Source: Podarcis filfolensis (Eukaryota). Taken from it: a stretch of 64,000 nt of DNA. The notes beneath the pieces were generated by a model that saw only the letters and a program-made list of their open reading frames with translations, was not told the DNA's origin and did not search any database. The stretch lies in the NCBI GenBank assembly GCA_964270895.1, contig OZ185453.1; one strand, written 5' to 3'. Position 1 is the first letter of the stretch; the number at the start of each line of letters is the position of its first letter. Positions 1-12,060 of this stretch are shown one piece after another. The translations under genes and the position numbers were made by a program.

Positions 1-718
1 TTCAATGCAGGTTTGTCGGAAGGGAAACACCACTGATTAATATGCTGGATTCCTTGGTCTGTACTTAAAAAATGCAAGTAAAAGTGCACAAAACTATAAT
101 TAAAGAAAAATTTGACCCGCTGTGCTCTCAGCATCATCTGTAGAGGTACAAGTAATTGTTGCATGATTATATATTCTCATCGGCCTAAAGCATGAGAGTA
201 ATTGAGTGAAAAAAATCCACACATTATGGAAAATGATTACTGCCTTTGAGCCATAATAAACAATGACATTCTCATTGTGGTGGTGCTAAGCAGTAGAACA
301 AATGAGAGCAGCCTACTTGAATGCACACGCTCAGGATCATTAGCAACTCATGTAACCCCCTAGTAAATAATTGAATCATGGGATTGTCCACAGGGTTGGC
401 TGCTGAGGAATGGAGATGTTGAGGAGGGGGAGCAAGGCATAAATTTAACTATGACTTACTGAGCAGGCATTTTCATGGTATGCATGTAGTCTTCCTGGAT
501 TGCTAATAATTAAAAGGCTGTTTGTAACACCGATCGTTATTATTGATCATTGGTCTGGCTCTTTGAATATGCATTACAAAGTTCGTTACAAAAACCCAAT
601 GGGGCAGACCAGTGGTTTTCGATTTTTTCAGAGATCCCTTTTCTCATTGCCTTGTCTGCAGAGAAATGCCTGTGTGTTCCCAGAGTGCACACAGATTGCA
701 GAGGTGCACTGGTCACAC

Positions 719-1098
719 GCAGGTGGCGCTGTGGTCTAAACCACTGAGCCTCTTGGGCTTGCCAATCAGAAGGTGGATGGTTCAAATCCCCGCGACGGAG
801 TGAGCTCCCATTGATCTGTCCCAGCTCCTGCCAACCTAGCAGTTCGAAAGCAAGCCAGTGCAAGTAGATAAATAGGTACCCCTGCGGTGGGAAGGTAAAT
901 GGTGTTTCCGTGTGCTCTGGCTTCATTACAGTGTTCCGTTGCACCAGAAGTGGTTTAGTCATGCTGGCCACATGACCCAGAAAGCTGTCTGTGGGCAAAT
1001 GCTGGCTCCCTCGGCCTGAAAGCAAGATGAGCGCCACAACCCCACAGTCGCCTTTGACTGGACATAACTGTCCAGAGGCCCTTTACCTTTATCTTTTT
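719..1098 (+). mobile_element. Sauria/Squam1 SINE, long variant
   Basis: tRNA-like head (GTGGCGCTGTGGTCTAAACC ... GGTTCAAATCC), body CCTGCCAACCTAGCAGTTCGAAAGCA, tail CCTTTACCTTTA. Direct repeat ACTGGTCACAC at 708-718 and 1099-1109. Confidence 0.92.
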
Positions 1099-2304
1099 AC
1101 TGGTCACACTCCCATTCCTGGAGTGCACACCCTGGATCATACCCACTGCTTTCCTGTGGCTGTGCACTATAGGGATAGTTCAGCACTGACAAGCGGTAAT
1201 GTTCTCTGAAGTGACAATGGGAAAGCTTGCACTTGATTGCTGACCTTTGCAAACTACCACAGCGACTCATTTTTTAATCTGATTGTACACATAAAGTCAT
1301 CTTTAGAAAGTCCTTCCCTGGGTGGCCTTGCTGTCTGGGACAAAGTGGTTGGTTTCTAGATTTGTATTTGATCAGCTGTAACAGATATAATTGTGGAAAG
1401 AAATCAAACGGTGTCTGTTTACCAGTAGAAGAGATGCCATTGGTGGAACAGATTCCACCTCTTCTCCTACCTACAGATTCCTATGTGTGTTCCCCAAATC
1501 TTTTCTAAAGGGTTGGGGGATCTTCTGGAGCAGATCTGGGAAGCACAGTAGTTTGCAGAAGGGATGGAAAGGAAGGGGAGGTACAGTTGTGCAAGTCTGC
1601 TTGTGCAACGTTGGATGCTACCCACAGACTTAAAGAAATGCAGGGCTGTGAATTCTCACAGGAGAGTGAATTTGTGCCTCTTCTGTGTCCTCTATTTTGC
1701 CTCATTTTCTAAAAGAACTGCAAGACTTCAGTGTCACTGGAAAAGTCCTTCCAATTAGTGCTTTTGTTTTCAAATGCAGTTGTTTGTATAATAGGAAAGC
1801 ATGCCGCCGTGGAATTTTCTCTCAAATCCTATATCCATCTAGCACAATTACCAGACTTCACTTGTCTGTGAACACCTCCATTGCTGCCTAGAAAATGGGG
1901 CATCTAATGGAACAAGGGCAAGCATTAATCCCAATTAGTACTTTTATCTGAGGACATTACAGCAATTATAATTGAAACACATTAGGTATAAAGAGAGAGG
2001 TCCCCTCTCTTTCCAAAATTGGTTAGTTTTTCTCTTTCCATTTCACTAGCTTGGGATAATGAAGAGCTCCTCAAGGAAATGAGTAAATCAATAAGGTTTC
2101 TCAAACTATCTGTAGAGCAGGATTCTGGAACCTTTGGCTTCTGCATGCTGGAATACAATTTCTGCCATTGCTCACTGTTGGCCAGGCTAGCAGGAGCAGA
2201 TGGGAATTGCAATCCAACAAAGTCTGGAGGACTATAGCTTTTCCAGCCCTTCTATAGAGTACTTCATGGTGTTTGTAGATGGATGTTGACCGGATATCAT
2301 TGTA

Positions 2305-2525
2305 CAGTGGTAACTCGGGTTAAGAACTTAATTCGTTCTGAAGAACCGTTCTTAACCTGAAACTGTTGTTAACCTGAGGTACCACTTTAGCTAATGGGGC
2401 CTCCCGCTGCCACCGCCGCTGCGCGATTTCTGTTCTCATCCTGAAGCAAAGTTCTTAACCCAAGGTACTATTTCTGGGTTAGTGGAGTCTGTAACCAGAA
2501 GCGACTGTAACCCGAGGTACCACTG
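2305..2525. mobile_element. Non-autonomous Tc1/mariner (pogo/Tigger-like) MITE, family A
   Basis: TIRs CAGTGGTAACTCGGGTT / AACCCGAGGTACCACTG; TA on the left (2303-2304), TT on the right. Same internal sequence as the copies at 5687 and 24044. Confidence 0.85.
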
Positions 2526-3781
2526 TTCTGTGAATTGCTGGTCAGTTAATTGAAATGGTGCCTTCTGTTAGCACAATGACAGCAAAATGGTTGGTTATCA
2601 GTTCCAAAATGGTAGGCGTTTTACAGCGGGCTACTAAACTTGCAAAAAAGGATGTCAGAAACAATGGGAAGTGGATGTTGCAAAAAAAATTGGAAGAGTT
2701 TAAAATCCAGTGATAAACTCTTTAGCAAAATGCTGATGAGCCACTTTGCAGCATAAGTCTGGATGATTGGACTAAGGTTGTTTTTATTACAAGAAAATTC
2801 ATTTGACTTTCATGACTCTCTCCCTCTTTTTTAAGCTATCGTTGCAGAGACCTTGGAAAATCAGGACCTCTCAATATATATTCTTTTTATCAGATATTTT
2901 GAACATAAATTACAGAGTGCCTTGGCACTGTCAGAGCCCCACTCCAGGAGAAAATGAAATTAAGTGACTGAGCTTTAAAAAGTAGCAGCTGTATGTTTAG
3001 AATATGAAAATACGAGGAAGTGGCGGGGAGTGTGATCCTGCCATTGTATCAAGCTAGAGATGAAACAGGAGAAGCCGAGCATCATCTGGTGCTGTGTGAA
3101 GAAACAAGCGCAGGGAAGGGAGCTTTGTAGCGTGGCAGGGAGACAGCCTCCCAGGGCTTTGCCAAAGTTTATCCAACAAAACATAAAAGCTGCCTTTACA
3201 ACACGTCTCAAGTGTCTTCCCCGCTCACCCACCCCATTCCCCCATTAATTCAATGTATTTGTGTGCAAAGCGAACAGTGCGGGAAACTGGTGAGATTCTA
3301 ACAAGTGCCAGATGAGGCCCCAAACACCCACAGGACACTTGGTGTGGCTGCTGATGTGAATGTGAGTCACATAGGCCTGTTGGATTCAGCAGTATATGCC
3401 AGGTAGCACTGGTTCATTTTTTACAGACACACACACACAAAAGCATCCCCCACATACTCTTGGGAGTTGAGGAAGCTGTAAATAAAAAATAATAATAACT
3501 AAATAAATTCTCTTCACTATGTGGACCTACTAAGCAAGAAAACACTATGTAGGAGGATATTTCTGGAGTGATAAACTGCCAGGGAATATAGGACACTTTC
3601 CCTTCTGACAGTCATGTGGGAGAAGGAATGTTACAGCAGGTGTAGCTTTTTTTATTCTTTGCCTTTCGTCACTCCAGTTTCATGCCCCCCAGCATTTCTC
3701 TGATGAATGTCCTATTCCATCATCATCTTGACTGGGTTGCCCCAGCCACTATAGGCAGCTTCCTACATATATAAAAACATA

Positions 3782-4135
3782 GGTAAAGGTAAAGGGACCC
3801 CTGACCATTAGGTCCAGTCGTGACCGACTCTGAGATTGTGGCACTCATCTCGCTTTACTGGCCGAGGGAGCCGGTGTACAGCTTCTGGGTCATGTGGCCA
3901 GCATGACTAAGCCATTTCTGGCGAACCAGAGCAGCGCTCGGAAACGCCGTTTACCTTCCCGCCAGAACGGTCCCTATTTATCTACTTGCACTTTGATGTG
4001 CTTTCGAACTGCTAGGTTGGCAGGAGCTGGGACCGAGGAACGGGAGCTCACCCCGTCGCAGGGTTTCAAACCACCAACCTTCTGATCAGCAAGTCCTAGG
4101 CTCTGTGGTTTAACCCACAGCGCCACCCGCGTCCC
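3782..4135 (-). mobile_element. Sauria/Squam1 SINE, short variant
   Basis: Reverse complement of a full SINE. 14-bp TSD TATATAAAAACATA at 3768-3781 and 4136-4149. Confidence 0.95.
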
Positions 4136-4285
4136 TATATAAAAACATAATTAAACATTTTAAAAACTTTGCTATACAAGAGCTGCCTTCAGGTGCCTTC
4201 TAAAGGTTGCATAGTTACTTATTTTCCTTGGCTCATGGAGATAAGCATAACTCGATACCCGCTGATGAAAATAGGGACGTCCTAC

Positions 4286-4423
4286 CATACCCTCCAATGT
4301 TTCTCTGAGGAAAATAGGGACGTCCTTAGGGAAAGTGGAACATTCTGGGATCAAATCAGAAACCGGAATGGCTTCTGTAATTCCAGGACTGTCCCTGGAA
4401 AATAGGGACACTTGGAGGGTCTG
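4286..4423 (+). mobile_element. Short TIR element (CATACCCTCCAA...TTGGAGGGTCTG), superfamily unassigned
   Basis: 12-bp imperfect TIRs and internal AAATAGGGAC motifs. Homologous copies at 51962-52099 (opposite strand), ~35228-35313 and 15886-15923. A partial duplicate of its 5' part lies at ~4255-4284. Confidence 0.7.
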
Positions 4424-5686
4424 CAACTTGTCATACTGTAGGTGTGAGAAGACGTAATATGCTGGGGGTCCCCCAACCTTGATTTACTGGGGGGGGAGGC
4501 ATATTATGAGATCTACAATATTGCCATGGGCGCACAGAAGTAAAACTGGTGAAGTTCAGATGGCAGCCCATAGGAGTTCAGCAAGCCCTGTGTTTCTGTT
4601 GCTTGCCTGAGTCTTCAACAACAGGAGTTAGGGCTGTCAAGCACCTACCAGGCCAAGCACCTACCAGGCCACAATTGCATTGGGCAATTTGCTAAAAATT
4701 AAAACACTCTTATGTAGCACCTTAAGATGTTTTTTTTAAATCTTGTTTCCACTTTGGGTTGATGTAACCCTTTCTGCTTCTGGTCTTTATTTGGAATCCA
4801 GCCCTAATTGTAACACGAACCTTAAGAACCTGGAATCCATCTTGAAAATGATGAGATTTTGCACAGTGCATTGGCGACAAAAAACCTGTAATAAAACTCA
4901 AGTATCCTATCTACTAGTGCCCTGAAAACTGCTATTTTAAAGCTTTTTAGCAAAGCTTTCTCCATCACCCTCCACCCCCCTGCATCCACCCCCTGCCCAA
5001 TATATGATAGCCTTGTAAACAAAGGTGTTGAGTTTCATGCTGTCTAGCAATTGCCATGTTAAGAAGGAATAACAGAGGAAGAGGTTCAGGTGTTGTGAGC
5101 CATATCCTGAGGTAATTTTCACATCATATAAAATTTTCAGCAGAGCAAAAGGTTTGACAATTAAATTGGAATGAGGCTGGATATAGCAGGCTTCTGGAGG
5201 AAGTTAAGTGTCACTACCTGTATATGAAACCAGTTCACATTAGTACACCAAACTGTTACCTGTCACCAATATGTACAGTGAAATCTTTCAGTGATATCAA
5301 CCTTGCTAGGCATCAGGAAACCTCCCAAGAAGGCTTATTTGAAAGTCAACAGCTGCCTGCCTTCAAACTTTTTGATTGAAATGGCTCCCACCAACACCAA
5401 GCAGGGAGGGCTGAGGGGCCAGAGTTTCCCCCAGATGTTTCAATGAAGGGGCCATCCCCCCCATGTTCCCCATTAAGCAGGGAGAAACAACAAGGAACTT
5501 CAAGGAGGGTAAGTAGCACAACTAAGAAGCTCCAGGGATGAGCCGTGTTCCCCACAAAAAGGAACATTGTTCTTAGCTATACAGACTCAGCCTGCTTTCC
5601 CCTCTCAAGTACTAGAGAGCAAGACCTACCTGTGAATTTTGAGCAAGAGAAACTGCCCTTGCATTCGAAGGTTTGCTTTCTCAATA

Positions 5687-6179
5687 CAGTGGTACCTCGG
5701 GTTAAGTACGGTCATACCTCGGGTTGAATGTGCTTCAGGTTGAGCACTTTCGGGTTGTGCTCTGTGGCAACCCGGAAGTAACGGAGCATGTTACTTTCGG
5801 GTTTCGCCGCTCGCGCATGCGCAGACACTCAAAATGACGTCACACGCATGCGTGGAAGCGGCAAAACATGACCTGTGCATGCGCGGATGCTCTGTTGCAT
5901 CTTACATTCCATTCAGGATGCGAACAGGGCTCCGGAAGAGATCCCGTTTGCATCCCGAGGTATCACTGTACTTAATTCGTTCCGGAGGTCCGTTCTTAAC
6001 CTGAAACTGTTCTTAACCTGAAGCACCACTTTAGCTAATGGCGCCTCCCGCCGCCACCGCGCGATTTCTGTTCTCATCCTGAAGCAAAGTTCTTAACCTG
6101 AGGTACTATTTCTGGGTTAGCAGAGTCTGTAACCTGAAGCGTATGTAACATGAAGTGTATGTAACCCGAGGTACCACTG
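5687..6179. mobile_element. Family A MITE interrupted by a nested related MITE
   Basis: Outer TIRs CAGTGGTACCTCGGGTT / AACCCGAGGTACCACTG, with TA at 5685-5686 and 6180-6181. The outer sequence resumes at 5969. Confidence 0.9.
5709..5968. mobile_element. Nested 260-bp pogo/Tigger-like MITE, family B
   Basis: Left end CGGTCATACCTCGGGTTG, right end CATCCCGAGGTATCACTG. TA duplicated at 5707-5708 and 5969-5970. Confidence 0.85.
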
Positions 6180-6938
6180 TATTTTGTGGCGCTTTTTATA
6201 AAATCAGCTCTGAACAAACAAGTAATACTTTTAATAGTGTTTGGAAAGCATGAAACGGGAAATGAAACCTGTCGTGGCCTCCTGGAGCTGTGTTAAAAGA
6301 TGGCTGTGAAATTTCTAATTGGTTAAGAACTGCTGGGTGCGTCGAGCTAAAGCAAGAAGCTGTCCTAATGCCAGTTGAATCTCTCTGAAAGTCTAAGGGG
6401 TGCCGCCTCTTTTTCTTAATGTTTTCACATTTGCATTCTGTGCTCCTGCCGGTTCTGTTAGCATTTCACAGGAATCAGATCCATTAAACACAAATATTCT
6501 TGGATCTGATTACTGGCATGAATGCATTGGTGACAAAAATCACTGGGGTACCAGCTGCAAATTGAATGAAGGTTTATTAAGTGAAGATAAAAGCATGCCA
6601 AAACAGATGGAAGTTCCTTTTGGATTTATGAATTCCAGTGAGATTATTTTGCTGTAGTTCTTAGAAAATAAGATGTGAGGCTTCTCAGTTGTGCAGTTAT
6701 AAGTGCAGAAGTTGGTTTTCATCTAGAGTAGCAGTAAAAATCGAAAATATTGCAAATATAAACAATCTGGGTGGCTAAAATACATTGCTAAACTTTTGAT
6801 AGTAGGGATACCTTTAAAAAATTATGGTGGTGGAGGTGCACTTCATTCCTAAAATGAAAATTCTGCATGCATATTTTCTCAATCCTTTCCCAGGAGAGAA
6901 TGCACAGGTGTTTTGGTTGTGACTACAGTAAAGGCCAA

Positions 6939-7325
6939 GGGATGCAGATGGCGCTGTGATCTAAACCACTGAGCTTCTTGGGCTTGTTGATCAGAAGGTC
7001 GGCGGTTTGAATCCCCACAATGGGGTGAGCTCCCGTTGCTCGGTCCCAGCTCCTGCCAACCTAGCAGTTCGAAAGCACACCAAAACGTGCAAGTAGATAA
7101 ATAGGTACCACTCTGGCGGGAAGGTAAATGGTGTTTCCATGTGCTGCTCTGGTTTCGGTGTTCCGTTGTGCCAGAAGCAGTTTAGTCCTGCTGGCCACAG
7201 GACCCAGAAAAACTGTCTGCAGACAAATGCCAGCTCCCTCGGCCTGTAAAGCAAGATGAGTGCCGCAACCCCATAGTCGTCTTTGACTGGACTTAACTGT
7301 CAGGGTCCTTTACCTTTTACCTTTT
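6939..7325 (+). mobile_element. Sauria/Squam1 SINE, long variant
   Basis: Full-length match to the other copies. TACAGTAAAGG at 6924-6934 and 7326-7336. Confidence 0.93.
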
Positions 7326-7821
7326 TACAGTAAAGGACAGTGAGTATTGCCCTCTTTTCTCAGCTAGTCATGGCTCAGGAATGCAGATAACCAATCCCTG
7401 TTTAACAGAATCAGAAAGTCAGAGGGGTTCGTGTAGGTCTTCTAGTCAAAGCCCTTACCTCAGTGCAGGAAGTCTAGACCAGCAAATTTATGTCCAGTTT
7501 CTGCTGGAAGACCTATAACGTGATCTAATGAATTTATCTTAAGGATACCGTAATGGAACAGTCCACTTTCCCCTCTTGAAACTTGCTTGGAGTGGTTTGC
7601 CCCAATGGGTTTGGCTCTGGTTTGTTCCATGTTTGTGTTGATTGGAGAAAGTGGAAAGATATATGACATGCTCTGGCTGAGCTACATATAGGAACCACAC
7701 ACACCCCATGTGCTGTTTTTAAATTAGAAGGAAGCTGTTTCTGAGGTTGCCAGTCACGTACTTTCCGATGCTGGTGCTTGCTCTTCCTTCCCACATCACC
7801 TCACCCTGGTTGTTGTTGTTG

Positions 7822-8320
7822 TTAATTTATTTAATCAATTTTTTGATACAAACAACAACCACAAAAGACACATACAACAAAAACCATAATAACAATAATA
7901 ACACAATTTGACAATTCAGATTTTGAATACACTGATATACCTATGACTACACCTTTTTTAACAATATTTTCCCACCTCTCTCTTTCCTCCCCCTACTTCC
8001 CACCGCTATCCGCCTTATCGCTTAAATATTCCGTCCAGATTTCTTTATATTTATCCATTCTTACTTTGTGTCGACATGCAGTTCGTTCATATGTAGCTAG
8101 TCTGTCCATATTATCAATCCATGTGCTCAATGGAATCTTTTTGCGGCTCTTCCAATTCATCAAAACAAGTTTTGGGTTTTTTTGCTTCTAATATAGCACG
8201 GTACATCCATTTTTTTGGCCCCTTGATTCTTGTTGTTGTTATTGTTATTCCAAGAAGAATCAGTTTTTATTTATTCTATTGCTTCCAGATGCACAATATT
8301 AATAACCGAAACACTTACTG
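7822..8320 (-). mobile_element. 5'-truncated L1-clade LINE (ORF2 C-terminus plus 3' UTR)
   Basis: The minus strand translates to AILEAKNPKLVLMNWKSRKKIPLSTWIDNMDRLATYERTACRHKVRMDKYKEIWTEYLS, resembling the end of non-mammalian L1 ORF2. It is followed by a G-rich then T-rich 3' UTR. Boundaries approximate. Confidence 0.7.
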
Positions 8321-9845
8321 AAGCCCCCCTTTTAGGGCATAACACTTACCAGGTGACTTACACAATCATAAAACAAACCACATTAGCAGCCAGAAAATTC
8401 AGGCACCAGGTGACTTCCAACAGTGTCCGTCCACCAATGGAACAGGCTTCTGCTTACGCAACATGACTTCTCCTTCCTCTCCTGTCTCCTGCAGCCCCAC
8501 GTACCTCCACTGCCTGATTTTAAGGTTGGCCCAGAGACATTCCTTTGGCTTTCAGCAGACACTTGTCTGCAGCATTTCATTTTACTATGCCTAAATTGTC
8601 AGGGCACCAACAAACAGCAGAGCTCCTGCTTTCACTAGTACTACTTTGCAGAGATCCAGCTTTGCCCTTGATCAGCCCAGAATTCCTCAAAAGCTCCCTG
8701 CTTTTCCCTGGGATTTGACTAAATCCAGTGATTACTCCTACTAGATACAGTAGACCTTTGATCTGACCCAACAGGCCTTTGCTTGTGTTGTTAAGCAAAG
8801 GAACGTTTAAGCTGGATGACCTTTCTGGTGCATTTTCACTGAAAACAGCTTCTTATGCTACCTGTCGCAATCAAGCAGGGATAGCACAGGTGTGTTGTGT
8901 GCAGAGTACATCCTGTGCGGTTTACTTTTCATTCCCAGCAGGTTTCACTTCTGAAGCCCCTTGCCTTTGTCCTCTGTTGCCATTCACATGCTTGGACCTT
9001 TTCCTCCCCCAGAACTGAAATCTGCTGCAGCACATTGAGCAGTGCGCATTCCTCTCCCCTGGCTTGACAGAGTGCTCCTGTTGTACATCACTCCATGCTG
9101 TGGAACGATGCTGCTTCTGCTTCTGTGCCATTTGATTAGCAAAGAGCAACCATGTTCTGAGATTTGGACGCTTAATGCATTCCATTAACGTAAGGCGGCC
9201 TTGAAATCTACTGGTAACAACAAACCAGAGGGCAGTCGCAGTGAGATAACGTGCGCTCTCTGCTGCGTTGGCATACTGCAGGCCTGGAATGTGAATGGGG
9301 AGATGTGGTGTCCTTTTTTAATATATCTTCATTGCTCACTTTAGCAGAATGCTAGATCAGCTTGCTCAGTGCTCATTAACTAGCAGGGAAAGCCAGTTCC
9401 TCAATTGCGTTTGAGTTTTTTATGTGCTCACTTGGCACATGAACATGAAGACCCCGCGCAGTGCACAGCCCGACATTTCAGGCGCTGCAACTCATAAGGT
9501 ATATTCTCTCGAAGTCTTGATAACACATTGCAGAGAATTATACTGTGGGATACAGATTTAGTCAAATGGGCATCCACCGCCATTCGGTTTTAAATCAATG
9601 GCAAGGGGCTATTGCAGAGTAGATAAATACAGAAGATACAAGTAGAACAGAGTTTTTGTCAACGTGTATTAGTGGTAGGGGGCAGGAGCTTGGCATTAGA
9701 ACTGGTTATTAGAAGCACATTTCCTTTTTCATCTTGCACTTCTGGAGGGCATGAACTTAGAGCATGAACTTCAGTTAAGGTCCTGGAAGACTCTTTATGA
9801 TATTCATTCTTTCCAATGTCCAGGTATGAGTGTCATCGCTTATGT

Positions 9846-9932
9846 AGATAATGCTGAGCTATGTCAGAGCAGATAATGCTGAGCTAGTTGGACCAGTGCT
9901 CTGACTCATCATAAGGCAGCTTTCTATGTTCC
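9846..9932 (+). mobile_element. 3' fragment of a tRNA/CR1-tailed SINE (Squam2-like)
   Basis: AATGCTGAGCTAGTTGGACCAGTGCTCTGACTCATCATAAGGCAGCTTTCTATGTTCC resembles the tails at ~27270-27390 and ~56211-56395. Confidence 0.5.
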
Positions 9933-10005
9933 TTGGAGTATCCTGGAGAAGTTGATGGCAGACTTGCTGGAACAGGATACAGTAGCACTCCACATTCCAA
10001 CATTT

Positions 10006-10460
10006 TGTTGCAGGTCCCACTTGTTTGCGTGGCGAGTTCCCGCCTCCCCCCTCAGAAATAAAGACACGAGACACAAGAATTCGAGTTAATGGGTCAAATT
10101 AGGCCACAACTTTATTGATTACAGGAATTGAGCGGTATTGGCCTAGGCATTGGTCCTAAAAATTAACCGGCTGGAAGACCGGTGAGGGTTAACCACCAGT
10201 AGGGGGAGTCCTGCTGAGGCACGTCAACTAGGAGCTCCCCCCGGCCCGAGGATGATGCATCCGAGGATTCCCTAGCATCGCGGGGGCTGGAGCCAGCCTC
10301 CGCGAGCGTGGGGGAGGGGCATGAAGCCCGCAACCCCACCTCCTCTCTAGCTCGGAAGTGGCTTTATTTGGGGAATGCAGGATTGCAAGTCATTAGGACA
10401 GTGGGCTATGCATTTGAATTTCTAAAAAGATCAATTTTTAGGCAGAGATTCAAAAACACT
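10006..10460 (-). mobile_element. Probable solo LTR (ERV/Gypsy type)
   Basis: The minus strand reads AATAAAGTTGTGGCC...TGTCTCGTGTCTTTATTT...AACA, an R-U5-like end. CpG-rich interior. No TSD found; right boundary uncertain. Confidence 0.55.
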
Positions 10461-10515
10461 TCACAAATCTGTTTTGGTTGCCAGATGGGCACAATCTGAT
10501 CACAACAGATCACAT

Positions 10516-10608
10516 GTAGATATTTTTAAAGCAAAGATTGGATGGCCACCTGTCATGGATGCTTTAGTTGAGATTCCTTCATTGCAGTAGGTTGGACTCA
10601 GTGACCCT
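10516..10608 (+). mobile_element. CR1 3'-end fragment
   Basis: GATTGGATGGCCACCTGTCATGGATGCTTTAG...GTTGGACTCAGTGACCCT matches the CR1 3' end at 44660-44740. Confidence 0.7.
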
Positions 10609-10610
10609 AA

Positions 10611-10950
10611 TGTTTGTTTGTTTGTTTGTTTATACCCTGTCCATCTGGCTGAGTTTCCCCAGCCATTCTGGGAGGCTCCCAACAGAATGTTAAAAATACC
10701 AAACGTTAAATACTTCCCTAAACAGGGCTGCCTTCAGATGTCTTCTAAAAGTCCGTTTATTTCCTTGACATTTGATGGGAAATATCCACAGGGCGGGCAC
10801 CACTACCGAGAAGGCCCTCTGCCTAGTTTTCTGCAACCTCGCTTCTCACAGTGAGGCAACCGCCAGAAGGCCCTCAGAGCTGGACCTTTGTGTCTGGGCT
10901 GAACGATGGGGGTGGAGATGCTCTTTCAGGTATAATGGACTGAGGCTGTT
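10611..10950 (-). mobile_element. L2-clade LINE 3' end with (TTTG)n tail
   Basis: Reverse complement of the element at 34073-34401 (shared AAACAGGGCTGCCTTCAGATGTCTT and AGAAGGCCCTC blocks). Confidence 0.75.
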
Positions 10951-11926
10951 GGGGGGTCTCTTCCTATAATTCTATTATTCTGTTATTCTGTTTTTTAAAA
11001 GTGTAACCTATTATTGTTCAAGTGCACAGCTAATAAAGTAACATAAATTAGATCAGCATATGGGTGTAAGTATGTGCATTATCATGTAGGTATGTTTCTT
11101 ACGAAGAAATGGCCGTCAAGCAACAGACCTAGAAGCCTGAACTCTTGAAATTTAGGATTAAGGATAATTTAGGAGCTGCCTTCTATTTAAAGGAGCTTGG
11201 AAAACTACTCAAGCCCGTATAATCCTTTGGCCAATCACAACACTTTTTTCTTCTGATCATGTGGGGTACTAAAGTTAATTTTCTCCTGCAGCAAAGGTAC
11301 CGTTAATAAGCAGACAGGAGGATAATGAATGCCAGATGTTATGATCCACCTGACTGGCAATGACTCCCAAACTAAAGCATAAAAGCGGTACTTAAGCTGT
11401 GGTAGCCCGGTGTTGGCTAAGAATAAAAGGCGTTTCATAATTGTTAACAGCCATCCTACCAGGGGTGTATTTGATGTAAGGCTGAACTTGTCACCTGTAC
11501 AAAGGGAAAGGTGCTAATGAGTGCAATATGGCACATACTTAACACAGCAACAGGAAATAGGCTTATGTTTATTAAGAACAATTAACAGGTTAATAAATGC
11601 AATTATCAATATTTCAGAGTTGCTCCCTGGAGTTGCTTGTAAAGTATTGCACGGGGTTATGGCCGACAAAGTCCTCCTCGGAGTTCGTGCCTTGGAATTA
11701 ATGGTCATAAGTTACTCTGAGTAGGACAAACTTTGGTTACAACCCACAGTCTTTAGTCCAGCATATCCAGGGTGGACCTTCTGAAGCCTGGAAGACCCCA
11801 ACCATTATACACACATCCATGCAAGACTTTATGTAATTATATATTAACTTACCCATCTGTCTTATTCAGTTGGTTACTTCTAATCTGAAAATGTAAGGGA
11901 CACTTACAAAACAATTATAATTTAAG

Positions 11927-12060
11927 CAGGGCTTCCCCGCCCCCCAGCCAGAGCTCAATGGACCTCAGCTCTGGCACCTCTCAGGTGGGTGCCATTGCCA
12001 TTCTAAGAGAATAAGGGAGAAGTTCGTGGTGAATGAGGCATCTGGCCTGGAGAAACTCCC
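11927..12060 (+). mobile_element. Partial non-autonomous DNA element
   Basis: CAGGGCTT...CTCAGCTCTGGCACCTCTCAGGTGGGTGCCATTGCCATT is shared with 36535-36622. Confidence 0.55.

Noticed and set aside
540-1037. Recurring peptides such as TARLAGAGTEQRELTP in ORFs at 540, 3894, 6991, 29533, 47274 and 49585
   Set aside because: They are antisense translations of Sauria SINE copies, not a gene family.
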